DNA of 64,000 nt from Verrucomicrobiia bacterium (GTDB lineage Bacteria; Verrucomicrobiota; Verrucomicrobiia; Limisphaerales; UBA1319): assembly GCA_963664225.1 (NCBI GenBank), contig OY760937.1:3424001-3488000 (forward strand), read 5' to 3'. The notes under the pieces are model-generated. The model ran no database searches. It saw nothing but the letters and a program-made list of their open reading frames with translations, and had not been told where the DNA came from. Below are positions 49,704-60,232 of this stretch, in pieces. A program made the translations under genes and the position numbers. The stretch's first letter is position 1. The number at the start of each line of letters is the position of its first letter.

Positions 49704-51017
49704 CTAAATACCCAGTTTCTTGAACCGCGCCTTCACATGCTTGAAGTGGAATTCGAGGTTGCAGAGCTTGTCGATTTCCGCGCGCGACAGGTGTTTCGCC
49801 ACGTCCGGATCGCCCGCCAATTGCGTCTTGAAGTCCGCATTGACGTCTCCGGCATTCTTGGCCTGCCAGGTTTTCATGGCGTTGCGCTGGACCAGGTCGT
49901 AGGACTCCTCGCGGGTGAGCCCCTTCTTGATCAGCGCCAGCAGGATGGTCTGGGAATTCCACATGCCCAGGGAGAGGCCCAGGTTGCGCATCATGTTGTC
50001 CGGATACACGATCAGGCCCTCGGTCAGCTTCGCCAGAGTCGCCAGCATGTAATCCAGCAGCGTGCAGGAATCCGGGAAGATGATCCGCTCCACCGAGCTG
50101 TGGCTGATGTCCCGCTCGTGCCACAGGGCGACGTTTTCCATGGCCGCAATCGAATTGCCGCGCAGCACGCGGGCCAGGCCGGTGAGACGTTCGCCGGTGA
50201 TGGGATTGCGCTTGTGGGGCATGGCGCTGGAACCCTTCTGGCCCTTGGAGAAAAACTCCTCGGCTTCGAGGACTTCGGTCCGCTGCAGGTGGCGGAATTC
50301 CGTGGACCAGCGTTCGATGCTCGCGCCCACGAGCGCCAGCGTGGTCATGAACTCGGCATGGATGTCCCGCTGCACCACCTGCGTGGCCACAGGCGCCGGA
50401 CGCAATCCGAGTTTCTTGCAGACGGCCGCCTCGATTTTCGGAGACAAATGGGCGCTCGTGCCCACCGCGCCGGAGAGTTTGCCCACGGCCACGGTTTCCC
50501 GGACGGACTCGAGCCGTTGCAGCGCGCGGCCAAATTCATCATACATCAGCGCCATCTTCATGCCGAACGTCGTCGGTTCCGCATGAATGCCGTGACTGCG
50601 GCCAATCATGGGAGTCATCTGGTAGGCGTTGGCCTTTTTGGCGATGATCTCGCGCAGGGCCTTCACGTCCGTGATCAGGAGGTCGGCGGATTGCACCATC
50701 TGGACGGCGAACGCGGTGTCCAGCACATCGCTGGAGGTCAGGCCGAAATGCAGCCAGCGGCTGGCCGGCGCCCCGATGTTCTCGGCCACATTCGTGGTGA
50801 ACGCGATCACGTCATGGTTCAAGGTGCGTTCCAATTCCTTGCAGCGGTCGATGCTGAAGGCGGCCTTGTCGCGGATCTGCTCGAAATCCTTGCGTGGCAC
50901 CAGGCCCTCTTCGCACAACGCCTCGCTGGCCAGCAGTTCGATCTGCAGCCAGGTCTCCAGCTTCCGCTGTTCCGTCCAAATCTCCCGCATCGCGGGCCTC
51001 GAATATCTCTGAATCAT
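49704..51017 (-). CDS. purB: Adenylosuccinate lyase
   Basis: MIQRYSR, HDVIAF, HFGLTSSD, GRSHGIHAEP, GSSAMPHKRNP, WHERDISHSS. Confidence 0.97.
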   Translation of the reverse strand: MIQRYSRPAMREIWTEQRKLETWLQIELLASEALCEEGLVPRKDFEQIRDKAAFSIDRCKELERTLNHDVIAFTTNVAENIGAPASRWLHFGLTSSDVLDTAFAVQMVQSADLLITDVKALREIIAKKANAYQMTPMIGRSHGIHAEPTTFGMKMALMYDEFGRALQRLESVRETVAVGKLSGAVGTSAHLSPKIEAAVCKKLGLRPAPVATQVVQRDIHAEFMTTLALVGASIERWSTEFRHLQRTEVLEAEEFFSKGQKGSSAMPHKRNPITGERLTGLARVLRGNSIAAMENVALWHERDISHSSVERIIFPDSCTLLDYMLATLAKLTEGLIVYPDNMMRNLGLSLGMWNSQTILLALIKKGLTREESYDLVQRNAMKTWQAKNAGDVNADFKTQLAGDPDVAKHLSRAEIDKLCNLEFHFKHVKARFKKLGI

Positions 51018-51094
51018 TGGAGCCATGATAGGGGATGCCGCCGCAAAAGAAAAGCCCTCTGATGCCATAAGGAATGCCTTGCGCCTCCATACCT

Positions 51095-51145
51095 CAACTC
51101 GTAGCGCAGACATCCTGTCTGCCGTATCGCGGATTTCCAATCCGC
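51095..51145. repeat. REP-like element GTAGCGCAGA...TCTGCCGTATCGCGGATTTCCAATCCGC (related copies at 57325, 61434, 61628, 63098)
   Basis: GTAG-headed double palindrome; 26-nt identity with 63092-63117. Confidence 0.8.
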
Positions 51146-51183
51146 CAGCCTTCTCAAATTCCAAGGCACCGAACAAACTTCTC

Positions 51184-51390
51184 CGGTTCGCGACCACCGC
51201 GACCTTCGTGGTAGGACGTGCAGTCCTCTGCGCGCCGTTGGTAGTATCACAATGTAGGCCGGGTGCCCCCACCCGGCGTCCCCGCTGGGATCATCGGTTT
51301 ACGACCACCGCGACCTTCGTGGTAGGGCGTGCAGTCCACTGCGCGCCGTTGGTAGTATCACAATGTAGGCCTGCGTGCCCCCACCCGGCG
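51184..51390. repeat. Two direct copies (period 111 bp) of a double REP unit
   Basis: ACCACCGCGACCTTCGTGGTAGG.CGTGCAGTCC.CTGCGCGCCGTTGGTAGTATCACAATGTAGGCC repeated at 51193 and 51304. Confidence 0.9.
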
Positions 51391-51491
51391 CCCGGAGAAC
51401 GGCCTCACTCAACCAAAGAACCGATCACGCGATTCGCCACTTTTGCCCCAAAACCTGAATTGGCATGAGCGGTGAGAACACAAGAGAATTA

Positions 51492-52776
51492 CAAACACCT
51501 CATCCGTTTTCCCAATCCTGTCCATCCTGAACATTCATGTGAGAATTCTTTTCCTGCGTTCCTTGCGGCAAATCCAAACCGATTTAGTGATCGTCGATTT
51601 CATTCCTCCGTTCGCCAGCCTTACGCGGCGGCACTTTCCAAATCAACCAATCGTTCCAGAACCGTCCAACACTCCTCCCTCTCTCACGGCAGTGGGAGAG
51701 GGGCGGGGTGAGGGTCGGTTCTTTTCAAAACGACAACCCATATTTCCAATATCGCCCAAACACCTCATCGCTTTTCCCCATCCTGAACATTCATGTGAGA
51801 ATTCTTTTCCTGTGTTCCTTGCGGCAAATCCAAACCAAATTGGTGATCGTCGGTTTCATTCCTCCGTTCGCCAGCCCCACGCGGCGGCACTTTCCAAATC
51901 ACCCAATCCTTCCAGAACCGTCCAATACTCCTCCCTCTCCTACGGCAGTGGGAGAGGGGCGGGGTGAGGGTCGGTTCTTTTCAAAACGACAACCCGCATT
52001 TCCAATATCGCCCAAACACCTCATCCGTTTTCCCCATCCTGTCCATCCTGAACATCCATGTGAGAATTCTTATCCTGCGTTCCTTGCGGCAAATCCAAAC
52101 CGAATTGGTGATCGTCGGTTTCATTCTTCCGTTCGCCAGCCCCACGCGGCGGCACTTTCCAAATCACCCAATCCTTCCAGAACCGTCCAACACTCCTCCC
52201 TCTCCCACGGCAGTGGGAGAGGGGCGGGGTGAGGGTCGGTTCCTTTCAAACCACAAACCGCATTTCCAATATCGCCCAAACGCCTCATTCCTTGTCCCCA
52301 TCCTGAACATCCTGAACATTCATGTGAGAATTCTTTTCCTGCGTTCCTTGCGGCAAATCCAAACCGAATTGGTGATCGTCGGTTTCATTCCTCCGTTCGC
52401 CAGCCCCACGCGGCGGCACTTTCCAAATCACCCAATCCTTCCAGAACCGTCCAATACTCCTCCCTCTCCCACGGCAGTGGGAGAGGGGCGGGGTGAGGGT
52501 CGGTTCTATTCCAAACCACAAACCGCATTTCCAATATCGCCCAAACACCTCATCCCTTTTCCCCATCCTGTCCATCCTGAACATCCATGTGAGAATTCTT
52601 TTCCTGCGTTCCTTGCGGTTAAATCCAAACCGAATTGGTGATCGTCGATTTCATTCCTCCGTTCGCCAGCCTTACGCGGCGGCACTTTCCAAATCAACTA
52701 ATCGTTCCAGAACCGTCCAATACTCCTCCCTCTCCCACGGCAGTGGGAGAGGGGCGGGGTGAGGGTCGGTTCTTTT
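51492..52776. repeat. Tandem array of five ~265-bp units
   Basis: Unit starts at 51492, 51757, 52013, 52277, 52542 (265, 256, 264, 265 bp; last unit partial). Confidence 0.97.
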
Positions 52777-52926
52777 CCCAATGCGCCGACCGTGGAGTTC
52801 CGTCGGGGCTTTGAAGCAACATCTTTGGTCTGGAAGATTCTGGCCCTCTCCGCCGCCGGATTCTTTTTGCGGGCGCTGGAATTAACATTGGACAATGTCG
52901 GCCATTGTGGTTTATTGCATCTTGTT

Positions 52927-54036
52927 ATGACCGATCCGCGATACAGCACGCTGGCACGTTTGCTCATTGAATACAGCACCGCCCTGAAAAAAGGCGACCG
53001 CATCCTCCTTGAGATGATTGACGCGCCCGATGATTTCACGATTGCCCTGATCCGCGCCGCGCGCGCGGTCGGCGCCACGCCCATGGTGACTCTGCGCCAT
53101 TCGCGCATCAACCGCGAAATCCAGTTGGGCGGCGGCGAAACGCATGCCGCGCTGCTGTGCGACATCGAGCTCCATCAGATGAAGAAGATGGACGCCTACA
53201 TCGCGGTGCGTGCCGGTCACAACGCCAATGAAAACGCCGATGTTCCCGGAAAAACCGCCGCCATTTACGCGCGCGTCCTCCGGCCGGTGATGAACCACCG
53301 CGTCAATAAAACCCGCTGGGTCGTTCTGCGCTGGCCCACCCCGGGCATGGCCCAGGCCGCCGGCATGAGCACCGAGGCCTTCGAGGATTTCTTCTTCACC
53401 GTCTGCACCATGGATTACCGCCGCATGGCCAGGGCCATGGAACCCCTGCGCATTCGCATGCAGGCCGCCGACCACGTGCATCTCAAGGGACCCGGCACCG
53501 ATCTGCAATTCAGCATCAAGGGCATTGGCGCCAAATCCTGCAATGGCCGCCTGAACATTCCCGATGGCGAGGTTTTTTCCTGTCCCATCAAGAACTCCGT
53601 CAACGGCGTCATCCAATACAACACCCCGTCTGTCTATAGCGGCACGCGCTTCGAAAACGTCCGCCTCTCGTTCAAGGACGGCCGCATCATCCAGGCCAGC
53701 GGATCGAATGAGCATCGGCTCAACGAGATTCTGGACACCGATCCGGGCGCGCGGTTCATTGGCGAATTCTCCCTCGGATTCAACCCCCACATTCTCAATC
53801 CGATGTGCGACACGTTGTTCGATGAGAAAATCGCCGGCTCGCTCCACTTCACCCCCGGACAGGCCTACGAACTGGCCGATAACGGTAACCGCTCGGCGGT
53901 TCATTGGGATTTGGTCCTCATTCAGCGCCCCGAATACGGCGGCGGCGAAGTCTGGTTCGACGGCGAATTGATCCGCAAGGATGGCCTGTTCCTGCCCAAG
54001 GACCTGCGCCCGTTGAACCCCGATCAGCTAAAATGA
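52927..54036 (+). CDS. Aminopeptidase, M29 (thermophilic metalloprotease) family
   Basis: [39 protein letters not shown]. Confidence 0.93.
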   Translation: MTDPRYSTLARLLIEYSTALKKGDRILLEMIDAPDDFTIALIRAARAVGATPMVTLRHSRINREIQLGGGETHAALLCDIELHQMKKMDAYIAVRAGHNANENADVPGKTAAIYARVLRPVMNHRVNKTRWVVLRWPTPGMAQAAGMSTEAFEDFFFTVCTMDYRRMARAMEPLRIRMQAADHVHLKGPGTDLQFSIKGIGAKSCNGRLNIPDGEVFSCPIKNSVNGVIQYNTPSVYSGTRFENVRLSFKDGRIIQASGSNEHRLNEILDTDPGARFIGEFSLGFNPHILNPMCDTLFDEKIAGSLHFTPGQAYELADNGNRSAVHWDLVLIQRPEYGGGEVWFDGELIRKDGLFLPKDLRPLNPDQLK

Positions 54037-54347
54037 CCGACCCGGTTCCGCCGGACGGCGGGGACCTCCCGCCGGTCGAACTGCCCATCAACGGCATGCT
54101 CGACCTGCACACCTTCCGCCCGTGCGACACGAAGGAACTGCTGCAGGACTACCTGGCCGAATGCCGCGCGCGGGGAATCCTCAAGGTCCGCATCGTCCAC
54201 GGCAAAGGCACCGGCGCCCTGCGTGAAACGGTCCACACCCTCCTGCGGCGCATGCCCGAGGTGGTCTCCTTCAGCCTGGGCGGCGACGCCTCCGGCGGTT
54301 GGGGCGCGACGATCGTGGTTCTCAAATGCCTGCCAAAGAAGGAATGA
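54033..54347 (+). CDS. Smr/MutS2 C-terminal domain protein
   Basis: [27 protein letters not shown]. Confidence 0.92.
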   Translation: MTDPVPPDGGDLPPVELPINGMLDLHTFRPCDTKELLQDYLAECRARGILKVRIVHGKGTGALRETVHTLLRRMPEVVSFSLGGDASGGWGATIVVLKCLPKKE

Positions 54348-54491
54348 CGCCAGAATAGTCAGCCCTCCCAATGCTTTCCGCAAACGGCGTGACGGGTGAC
54401 TCCGACGCGCCTTCGTTAACCCCGAAATCCAAATAATCCTTCGCCCCGCTACGGATTGGATACATGCCGTTTTTGTTAGACCACGGCATGG

Positions 54492-54824
54492 TCATCTTTT
54501 GTTTTGCGCCACGTAATTTGGTGATTTCTTTCCAAGCCGCCAATTTCGATACGTATCATACAAAACAACCACTAGCATTTGGGCTATGCCTAACCATATA
54601 ACTAACTGCACACAAACGCCAGACAATATGGAAAGCCCATTGAGAATCTTTACCAATCCAACAACAAATAGGAAAAGACCGCAAGAACCGCCTCCAAGAC
54701 GCGACACATGATATTTACTTCCACCTCGTCGAATCGACTTCAAGTATTCAGGACGAAAAACCACGACCGCAAATATTAATATACTGGCAACCAATAAAAC
54801 AATGCCGAGCCAGAAACTTTTCAT
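54492..54824 (-). CDS. Low-GC membrane protein (putative gene cassette 2)
   Basis: Three hydrophobic segments, AT-rich, directly after an attC-like site. Confidence 0.7.
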   Translation of the reverse strand: MKSFWLGIVLLVASILIFAVVVFRPEYLKSIRRGGSKYHVSRLGGGSCGLFLFVVGLVKILNGLSILSGVCVQLVIWLGIAQMLVVVLYDTYRNWRLGKKSPNYVAQNKR

Positions 54825-54855
54825 TGTGAATATCGATCGCAATGCCGCTCTCAAG

Positions 54856-54954
54856 GATTAACGAAAAAATCTCAGCCACCGCCGACTCGCGACGTTAACC
54901 GCGACAGCGGAACGACAAGGGCCAACCGGTGTTGGCTCCGGCGACTGGTCAGGC
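54856..54954 (-). mobile_element. Degenerate integron attC-like site
   Basis: Minus strand GCCTGAC-CAGTCGCCGGAGCCAAC...CGGCGGTGGCTGAGATTTTTTC-GTTAATC; each R box is one mismatch from RYYYAAC / GTTRRRY. Confidence 0.7.
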
Positions 54955-54961
54955 CACATGG

Positions 54962-55321
54962 TCACTCTGGCAAACTCGGTATAAAAAGCGTAATGCACAG
55001 TGTAAATAATAGTGAACCTGCGATGTTCAAAGTCTCCAGCGACTTGTCCTTGATAATCCCTCGTCCGTCAAGAGCCAGGCGAAATACTTCCAGCAACAAA
55101 ATCGCGGCTGCTAAAACCAACGGCTCGAAAAACGCATTGCTGAGCGTCTTTCCGCCAAACGAATTAACCAAAACAAACCACAAACAAATCGGCGCTCCGC
55201 TGGAAATGACCAAATCACCTGTGAGCTTCTTCTTGAACAGCCATAATGCAATCGCAAGCCCAACCGTTACTGGAACCAAATACTCCAGCAGCGGAATCAA
55301 TATCATTGGGATTATGCTCAT
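54962..55321 (-). CDS. Low-GC membrane protein (putative gene cassette 1)
   Basis: Four hydrophobic segments; GTTGGGC just upstream of the ATG and an attC-like site just after the stop. Confidence 0.75.
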   Translation of the reverse strand: MSIIPMILIPLLEYLVPVTVGLAIALWLFKKKLTGDLVISSGAPICLWFVLVNSFGGKTLSNAFFEPLVLAAAILLLEVFRLALDGRGIIKDKSLETLNIAGSLLFTLCITLFIPSLPE

Positions 55322-55727
55322 GGATAGTGTGGCCCAACAGTATTCATTGTCTCAAACTCAGACGCCGGAAACAAACCGGGTTACCGGTGCCCTTTCGGCG
55401 AGATTAAACTGGTATCGCCTTAAAAAGCAAGGAAAAATGGGGTTTTCTTCGTGCCGCATCGGAAAATGGTGTCTGGGGTCGCGAGAGCGGGCGTAAAACA
55501 CCATTCAGGAAGCTGCCAAAACCAAAATCCACCATCACCCTATTGAATCCATGTCCCTCTGGTCTATGGAATAAATCCATCAAGGGCTATATACTCACAG
55601 GCCCTTTTAAAGATCTTTTTCGCTTGCGGAAGTATGGCGTCTGGCGCCCTTGCGGTCAGCGCCCGCTTTTTTGGGACTGGCCAACCGGGCGGGTTCTCGC
55701 TTTACTGGCGCGTCCTGTTTTAAAGGT

Positions 55728-57272
55728 ATGTCTCAGATGCTCAAATCCTCCGGCGCCATGGGCGTCGCCACACTGGCCAGCCGTCTCCTGGGCATGGTCC
55801 GGGAGATGGTGTACGCCCGTTTCATGGGGGATGGCTGGGTGGCCAGCGCGTTTGTGCTGGCGCTCATGATTCCGAGCCTCTTCCGGCGGTTGCTGGGGGA
55901 GGGCGCCCTGACGGCCGCGTTCATTCCCATCTTCAAGGACAAGGAAAAAAACGCCGGTGAGGCCGAGATGTGGAAGGCTGCCAACGCCGTGATTTGCGGC
56001 CTGGTGGTGGCCGGGGCCGTCATCTCCGGGCTGGGCATGTATGGGGTTTCCGTGGTTCTGCTCTACGATTTCACCTCGGGCGAAACGCGGCTCATGCTCC
56101 AATTGCTGCGCGTGATGTTTCCCTACATGCTGCTGGCCTGCCTGGCCGCCATCTTCATGGGAATGCTCAATGCCCGCGGCCGTTTCTTCATTCCCGCCCT
56201 GGGCGCGCTGGTGATGAACCTGGTCATGATCGCCTCCGCCCTGTTTCTGGCCCCGCACATGGGCGCGAACCTGCAAACGCAAATCTTCGGGCTGGCCATC
56301 GGCATTCTGGTGGCCGGCGCGGCGCAGGCTGCGTTTCAATTACCCTCGCTGCAGAACCAGGGCTTTCGATTTGCCTGGGTCTCCCCGTGGCGCGACCCCG
56401 TCGTGCGCGAAGTGGTTCACAAAATGATCCCCGGCGCGATCGGCGTCGCGGCGTTCCAGCTCAATGTGGTCATCACCCAGAGCCTGGCCTTCTGGGTGGA
56501 CAAGGAAATCGTCGCCTCCTTCAACTACGCCGTGCGCCTGATGGAACTGCCTCAGGGCGTCTTCGGCATTTCACTGGCCACCTACATGCTCCCCACTCTG
56601 GCGGGACTGGTGGCGGAGAAGAAATTCGACACCTTCCGTTCCACGCTCCAGCAGGGCCTGGGCTACCTGTGGTTCATCAACCTGCTCGCCTCCGTGCTCC
56701 TCCTGGTTCTGGCCGCGCCCATCATCCGGCTGCTCTTCGAGCGCGGGGCTTTCACGTCTGAATCCACCGAACGCGCCGCCTTTGCGCTCGCCTGCCTGGC
56801 GCCGGGACTCGTCGCCTTCTCCACAGTGAACATCCTCGCACGCGCATTTTATGCCCTGGGCGACACCCGCACCCCCATGCGCGTCAGCGTGTTTTGCCTG
56901 GGATTGAACGCCCTGCTCGCCATTCCACTCGTGTTAAGCTTCAAGCAGGGCGGCTTGGGAATCGCCAACACCCTCAGCGGCGTGGTCAACGTCGGCCTCC
57001 TCTTTTACGCCCTGCGCCGCTCGCTCAAAACGTTCGATCTGGGCGCCCTCAAAAACTCCGCTCTGTCGATGCTCGCCGCCGCCGTGGCTGCGGGCGCAGT
57101 GGCCTGGATCACGCTCTATTTCTGGGAAAAATCCTTCGGCCACTACGGCCTGCTGCTCAAGGTGGGCGCGGTCTTCGTCCCGTCCATTGCTGCCGCTGCC
57201 GTTTATTGGGGTGTGGCCCTGGTCGCAAAAATACCCGAGGCCCGCGCCAAACGCTTCACCGGCGTGGCCTGA
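55728..57272 (+). CDS. murJ: Lipid II flippase MurJ (MviN)
   Basis: SRLLGMVRE, P.LFRRLLGEGAL.AAFIP, RLMELPQGVFG, LFERGAF, FYALGDTRTP. Confidence 0.96.
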   Translation: MSQMLKSSGAMGVATLASRLLGMVREMVYARFMGDGWVASAFVLALMIPSLFRRLLGEGALTAAFIPIFKDKEKNAGEAEMWKAANAVICGLVVAGAVISGLGMYGVSVVLLYDFTSGETRLMLQLLRVMFPYMLLACLAAIFMGMLNARGRFFIPALGALVMNLVMIASALFLAPHMGANLQTQIFGLAIGILVAGAAQAAFQLPSLQNQGFRFAWVSPWRDPVVREVVHKMIPGAIGVAAFQLNVVITQSLAFWVDKEIVASFNYAVRLMELPQGVFGISLATYMLPTLAGLVAEKKFDTFRSTLQQGLGYLWFINLLASVLLLVLAAPIIRLLFERGAFTSESTERAAFALACLAPGLVAFSTVNILARAFYALGDTRTPMRVSVFCLGLNALLAIPLVLSFKQGGLGIANTLSGVVNVGLLFYALRRSLKTFDLGALKNSALSMLAAAVAAGAVAWITLYFWEKSFGHYGLLLKVGAVFVPSIAAAAVYWGVALVAKIPEARAKRFTGVA

Positions 57273-57656
57273 TAAACCCGGTCCTTCAGAGTCCTCGCAT
57301 TATCGCCCTCCGTCACCGCAGTTCGTAGCGCAGACACCGTCGCTGTCGCATCGCGGATTTCCAATCCGCAAACTCTGAACAAATCAGACCATCCTCAGAT
57401 GCAAAATCGATTCCACTCGACAACTCCACCGTTACTAAATACACATCGCAAGCCGGCTGGTAACCGGCGCCACGGAGCCAGGCGCAAGTTCGGTTGGCCT
57501 TGCCGCGTTACACCGCAATCCCCCCGGGTTTCGCGTAACCAGGCTGTTGAATTCATCCCGTTCAATGGCTCCATCAACAAAAAGTGAACCTTTCCCCGCT
57601 CAAACGTTATTAACGGGCAGACTGGATCGCGACGCCAGAAACACGGTAACGAAAAT

Positions 57657-58922
57657 ATGCTTATGAAAACTCTGAAATCGATCTGCACCACAATGCTCGT
57701 TCTGACCGCCGCCGCGGTGGGCGTCGGGGCTCAGGCACTGCGCACCGACATCAATCCCGCGCTGATTTATGGCCGGGCGTTCCTGGCCGCTCCGAATCTG
57801 GCCCAGGCGGACTCGGATTATTTGTTTACGAATGGCTGGAATGGCCAGAAGTTTCCGGAACGCTTCACCAGCCTCGTCAAAGAGTACGACAACGAGTTCG
57901 AGCTGGTTTGCGCCGCCGCACAGTCGAAGGTGCCGTGCGATTGGGGCATCGATATGTCCCCCGGCCCGATGACGCTGCTTCCCGCCTTGTCCCGCGCCAA
58001 GTCCGTGGCGGTGACCACGCGATTGCGCGTCATGTGGCACTTGCAGAATGGACGTCAAACCCAGGCCTGCGATGAATTGCTCGGCGCATTTACGCTGGCG
58101 CGCAATGTCTCCCGCGACGGAACGCTGATTTCCTCGCTCGTCCAATTTGCCATGGAAAACATCGTTTACTCCTCCATTGCCGCCAATTACGGCCGCTTTT
58201 CCCCGGAAAACTTGAAACGTCTGGTGGACGGGATGGATGCCGCGCCTGCCCGGAGCGCCGTCGCAGCATGCATTCCGACGGAGAAAGCATTCTTCTCGGA
58301 TTGGGCGAAAAACAAGATCGTCGAATTACAGAAGAAGTATCCCGGCAACGACGCCAAAGTGCTGGAGGAGGTTCATCAGTTCATGGCGTTTGACAGTCCC
58401 GAAGAGGGGCAGACCAACTCCTGGCCCCGATTGCTGGAAGCCGCCGGTGGCACAAGCGACGGCATTCTCAAACTGCTCCGGGATGGAGAACTGCTTTACG
58501 ATAAAATCGTGGCCTTTCTGAAACTGCCGTACGCGGAGTATCAAAGCCAGGAAAAGGACTTCGTCGATGAATTGGAGAAATCCACAAACCCGATCATTTC
58601 GAAAACCGTTCCTGGATTCGTCAAATCGCGTCAAAAGGAATTCCGCACACAGGCCACTCAGGCCATGGTGCGCGCCGCAGTGGAATACAAATTGCACGGG
58701 GACGCGGGACTCAAGAGCGTGAACGATCCCTGCGGAAATGGCCCCTTCGCCTTCAAACGGTTCGAATTCGAGGGCGTGGACCGCGGTTTTCAGCTCACAT
58801 CCGCCTTTAACATGTCCAAAAACATGGCCGTCCTCATCTTCGTGGAGAAGGAAGGCCCCCCGTTCCAGGTGGACGGAAATTATCCGGGGCGGGCACTTCC
58901 CACAACCGCGCCCAAACAGTAA
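57657..58922 (+). CDS. Secreted helical hypothetical protein
   Basis: Signal peptide; NPALIY..AF, CDWG, TLISSLV; C-terminal EYK...DPCGNGPF. Confidence 0.75.
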   Translation: MLMKTLKSICTTMLVLTAAAVGVGAQALRTDINPALIYGRAFLAAPNLAQADSDYLFTNGWNGQKFPERFTSLVKEYDNEFELVCAAAQSKVPCDWGIDMSPGPMTLLPALSRAKSVAVTTRLRVMWHLQNGRQTQACDELLGAFTLARNVSRDGTLISSLVQFAMENIVYSSIAANYGRFSPENLKRLVDGMDAAPARSAVAACIPTEKAFFSDWAKNKIVELQKKYPGNDAKVLEEVHQFMAFDSPEEGQTNSWPRLLEAAGGTSDGILKLLRDGELLYDKIVAFLKLPYAEYQSQEKDFVDELEKSTNPIISKTVPGFVKSRQKEFRTQATQAMVRAAVEYKLHGDAGLKSVNDPCGNGPFAFKRFEFEGVDRGFQLTSAFNMSKNMAVLIFVEKEGPPFQVDGNYPGRALPTTAPKQ

Positions 58923-59022
58923 ACTAATGTCAGTCTTGGAGGCCGGGCAGCACCTCAGAGGGCTGTTCGGCACTTTTGCTGATGATTGAATTGTGGCTAC
59001 GCTGAGTCCAACACTTCCCGAC

Positions 59023-59631
59023 ATGGAGACGCCGGACACACAGGGGCTGCTCGACCGGGCGCGGGGCGGGGATGCCGATGCCTTCTGCGGACTCTGCCGG
59101 ACTCAAGAGCCCCGGCTGCTGCGACAAGCCGCCGCCCTTTGCGGCAACGCCACCCAGGCCGAGGATCTCGTCCAGGACACGCTGGTGGAAGCCTGGAAAC
59201 ACCTCCACCGCTACAACGGCCGCTGCCAGTTCTCCACCTGGCTCTGCGCCATTCTGCTGAACCGCCACCGCAACAGCCTTCGCGGAAAACGGTTCCTGTT
59301 TTTCAGGTCCTTCTTGAAATCAGAGGACAACGCGGTTCCTGATCCCGTGGAACAAATGGCCGATACCGCGGCATCGCCTGACGAGGCGGTCCAACAACGG
59401 GAGCAAGTCGCGCTCGTGCGAAAATGCGTGCAAGCCTTGTCTGCGAAACACCAGGAAGTGATTTTGCTGCGGTTCCATGCGGACGATTCGTTGGAAGGCA
59501 TCGCCGCAGCCCTGGGCTGTTCCGTGGGCACCGTGAAATCCCGCCTCTTCCATGCCCTTGACAAATTGCGGGCAATGAAGGAATTGACCACGCAGTATCC
59601 GAATCTGGAAATGAAAGCGAGAAGACCATGA
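59023..59631 (+). CDS. ECF sigma factor
   Basis: GDADAF, AEDLVQDT..AW, FSTWL..I..N, IAAALGCSVGTVKSRL; alternative GTG start at 58993. Confidence 0.93.
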   Translation: METPDTQGLLDRARGGDADAFCGLCRTQEPRLLRQAAALCGNATQAEDLVQDTLVEAWKHLHRYNGRCQFSTWLCAILLNRHRNSLRGKRFLFFRSFLKSEDNAVPDPVEQMADTAASPDEAVQQREQVALVRKCVQALSAKHQEVILLRFHADDSLEGIAAALGCSVGTVKSRLFHALDKLRAMKELTTQYPNLEMKARRP

Positions 59632-60203
59632 AACCTTGCGTCGAAAACCAAAAACGAATCGCGTTGCTGGCAGTGAACGCTCTGGAGTCGTCAGAGGCCC
59701 GCGAACTCCGCGCGCATCTGGAGGTTTGCAGTGGTTGCCGCCAATACCACCAGGAAATCGCGCGTGTCACCACCGCGCTGAACGCGTCGGCGCCATCCGC
59801 AGAGACCGAGGTTTCCGAGGCCTTCCATCGCCGGGTGGCCAATGCCGTGAGGGCTCAGAAGACCACCTCTGCGTGGGAGGAAACAGTCGATTTGCTGACC
59901 GGCCGCGTGTGGAATTGGCGCGTCGCTCTTTCGGGTTGTGCGGCGGTGGCTCTGGGATTCGCCCTCCTTTCACATTTCCAGCAGCCAACCCCTGTTCAGA
60001 TTGCTAAAGTAACGATCGCTCCGACCGTAACGGTTGCCGACACCGAGATCGACCTCGAGCCCTCCATTCGCAACTACCAAATCGCCGCCAATCGTTCTTT
60101 TGAAAAGTTGGATGAGCTGCTCACCAAACAAGCGCGGCAAAATCCCTCGTTTGCTCCCGCCTATACCGCTTCGTCATTGGCGCTGGCCAATGGATCGGAA
60201 TGA
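59628..60203 (+). CDS. Zinc-binding (HxxxCxxC) membrane anti-sigma factor
   Basis: HLEVCSGC plus one TM helix; ATGA overlap with the sigma gene. Confidence 0.88.
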   Translation: MKPCVENQKRIALLAVNALESSEARELRAHLEVCSGCRQYHQEIARVTTALNASAPSAETEVSEAFHRRVANAVRAQKTTSAWEETVDLLTGRVWNWRVALSGCAAVALGFALLSHFQQPTPVQIAKVTIAPTVTVADTEIDLEPSIRNYQIAANRSFEKLDELLTKQARQNPSFAPAYTASSLALANGSE

Positions 60204-60232
60204 TGGACCGGAATGACCGGGACGCTCCACAA

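Noticed and set aside
51492..52776. CRISPR array or repeat-protein gene (ORFs 51472-52762)
   Set aside because: Units are near-identical over their whole length with no unique spacers, no cas genes are present, and unit lengths shift the frame
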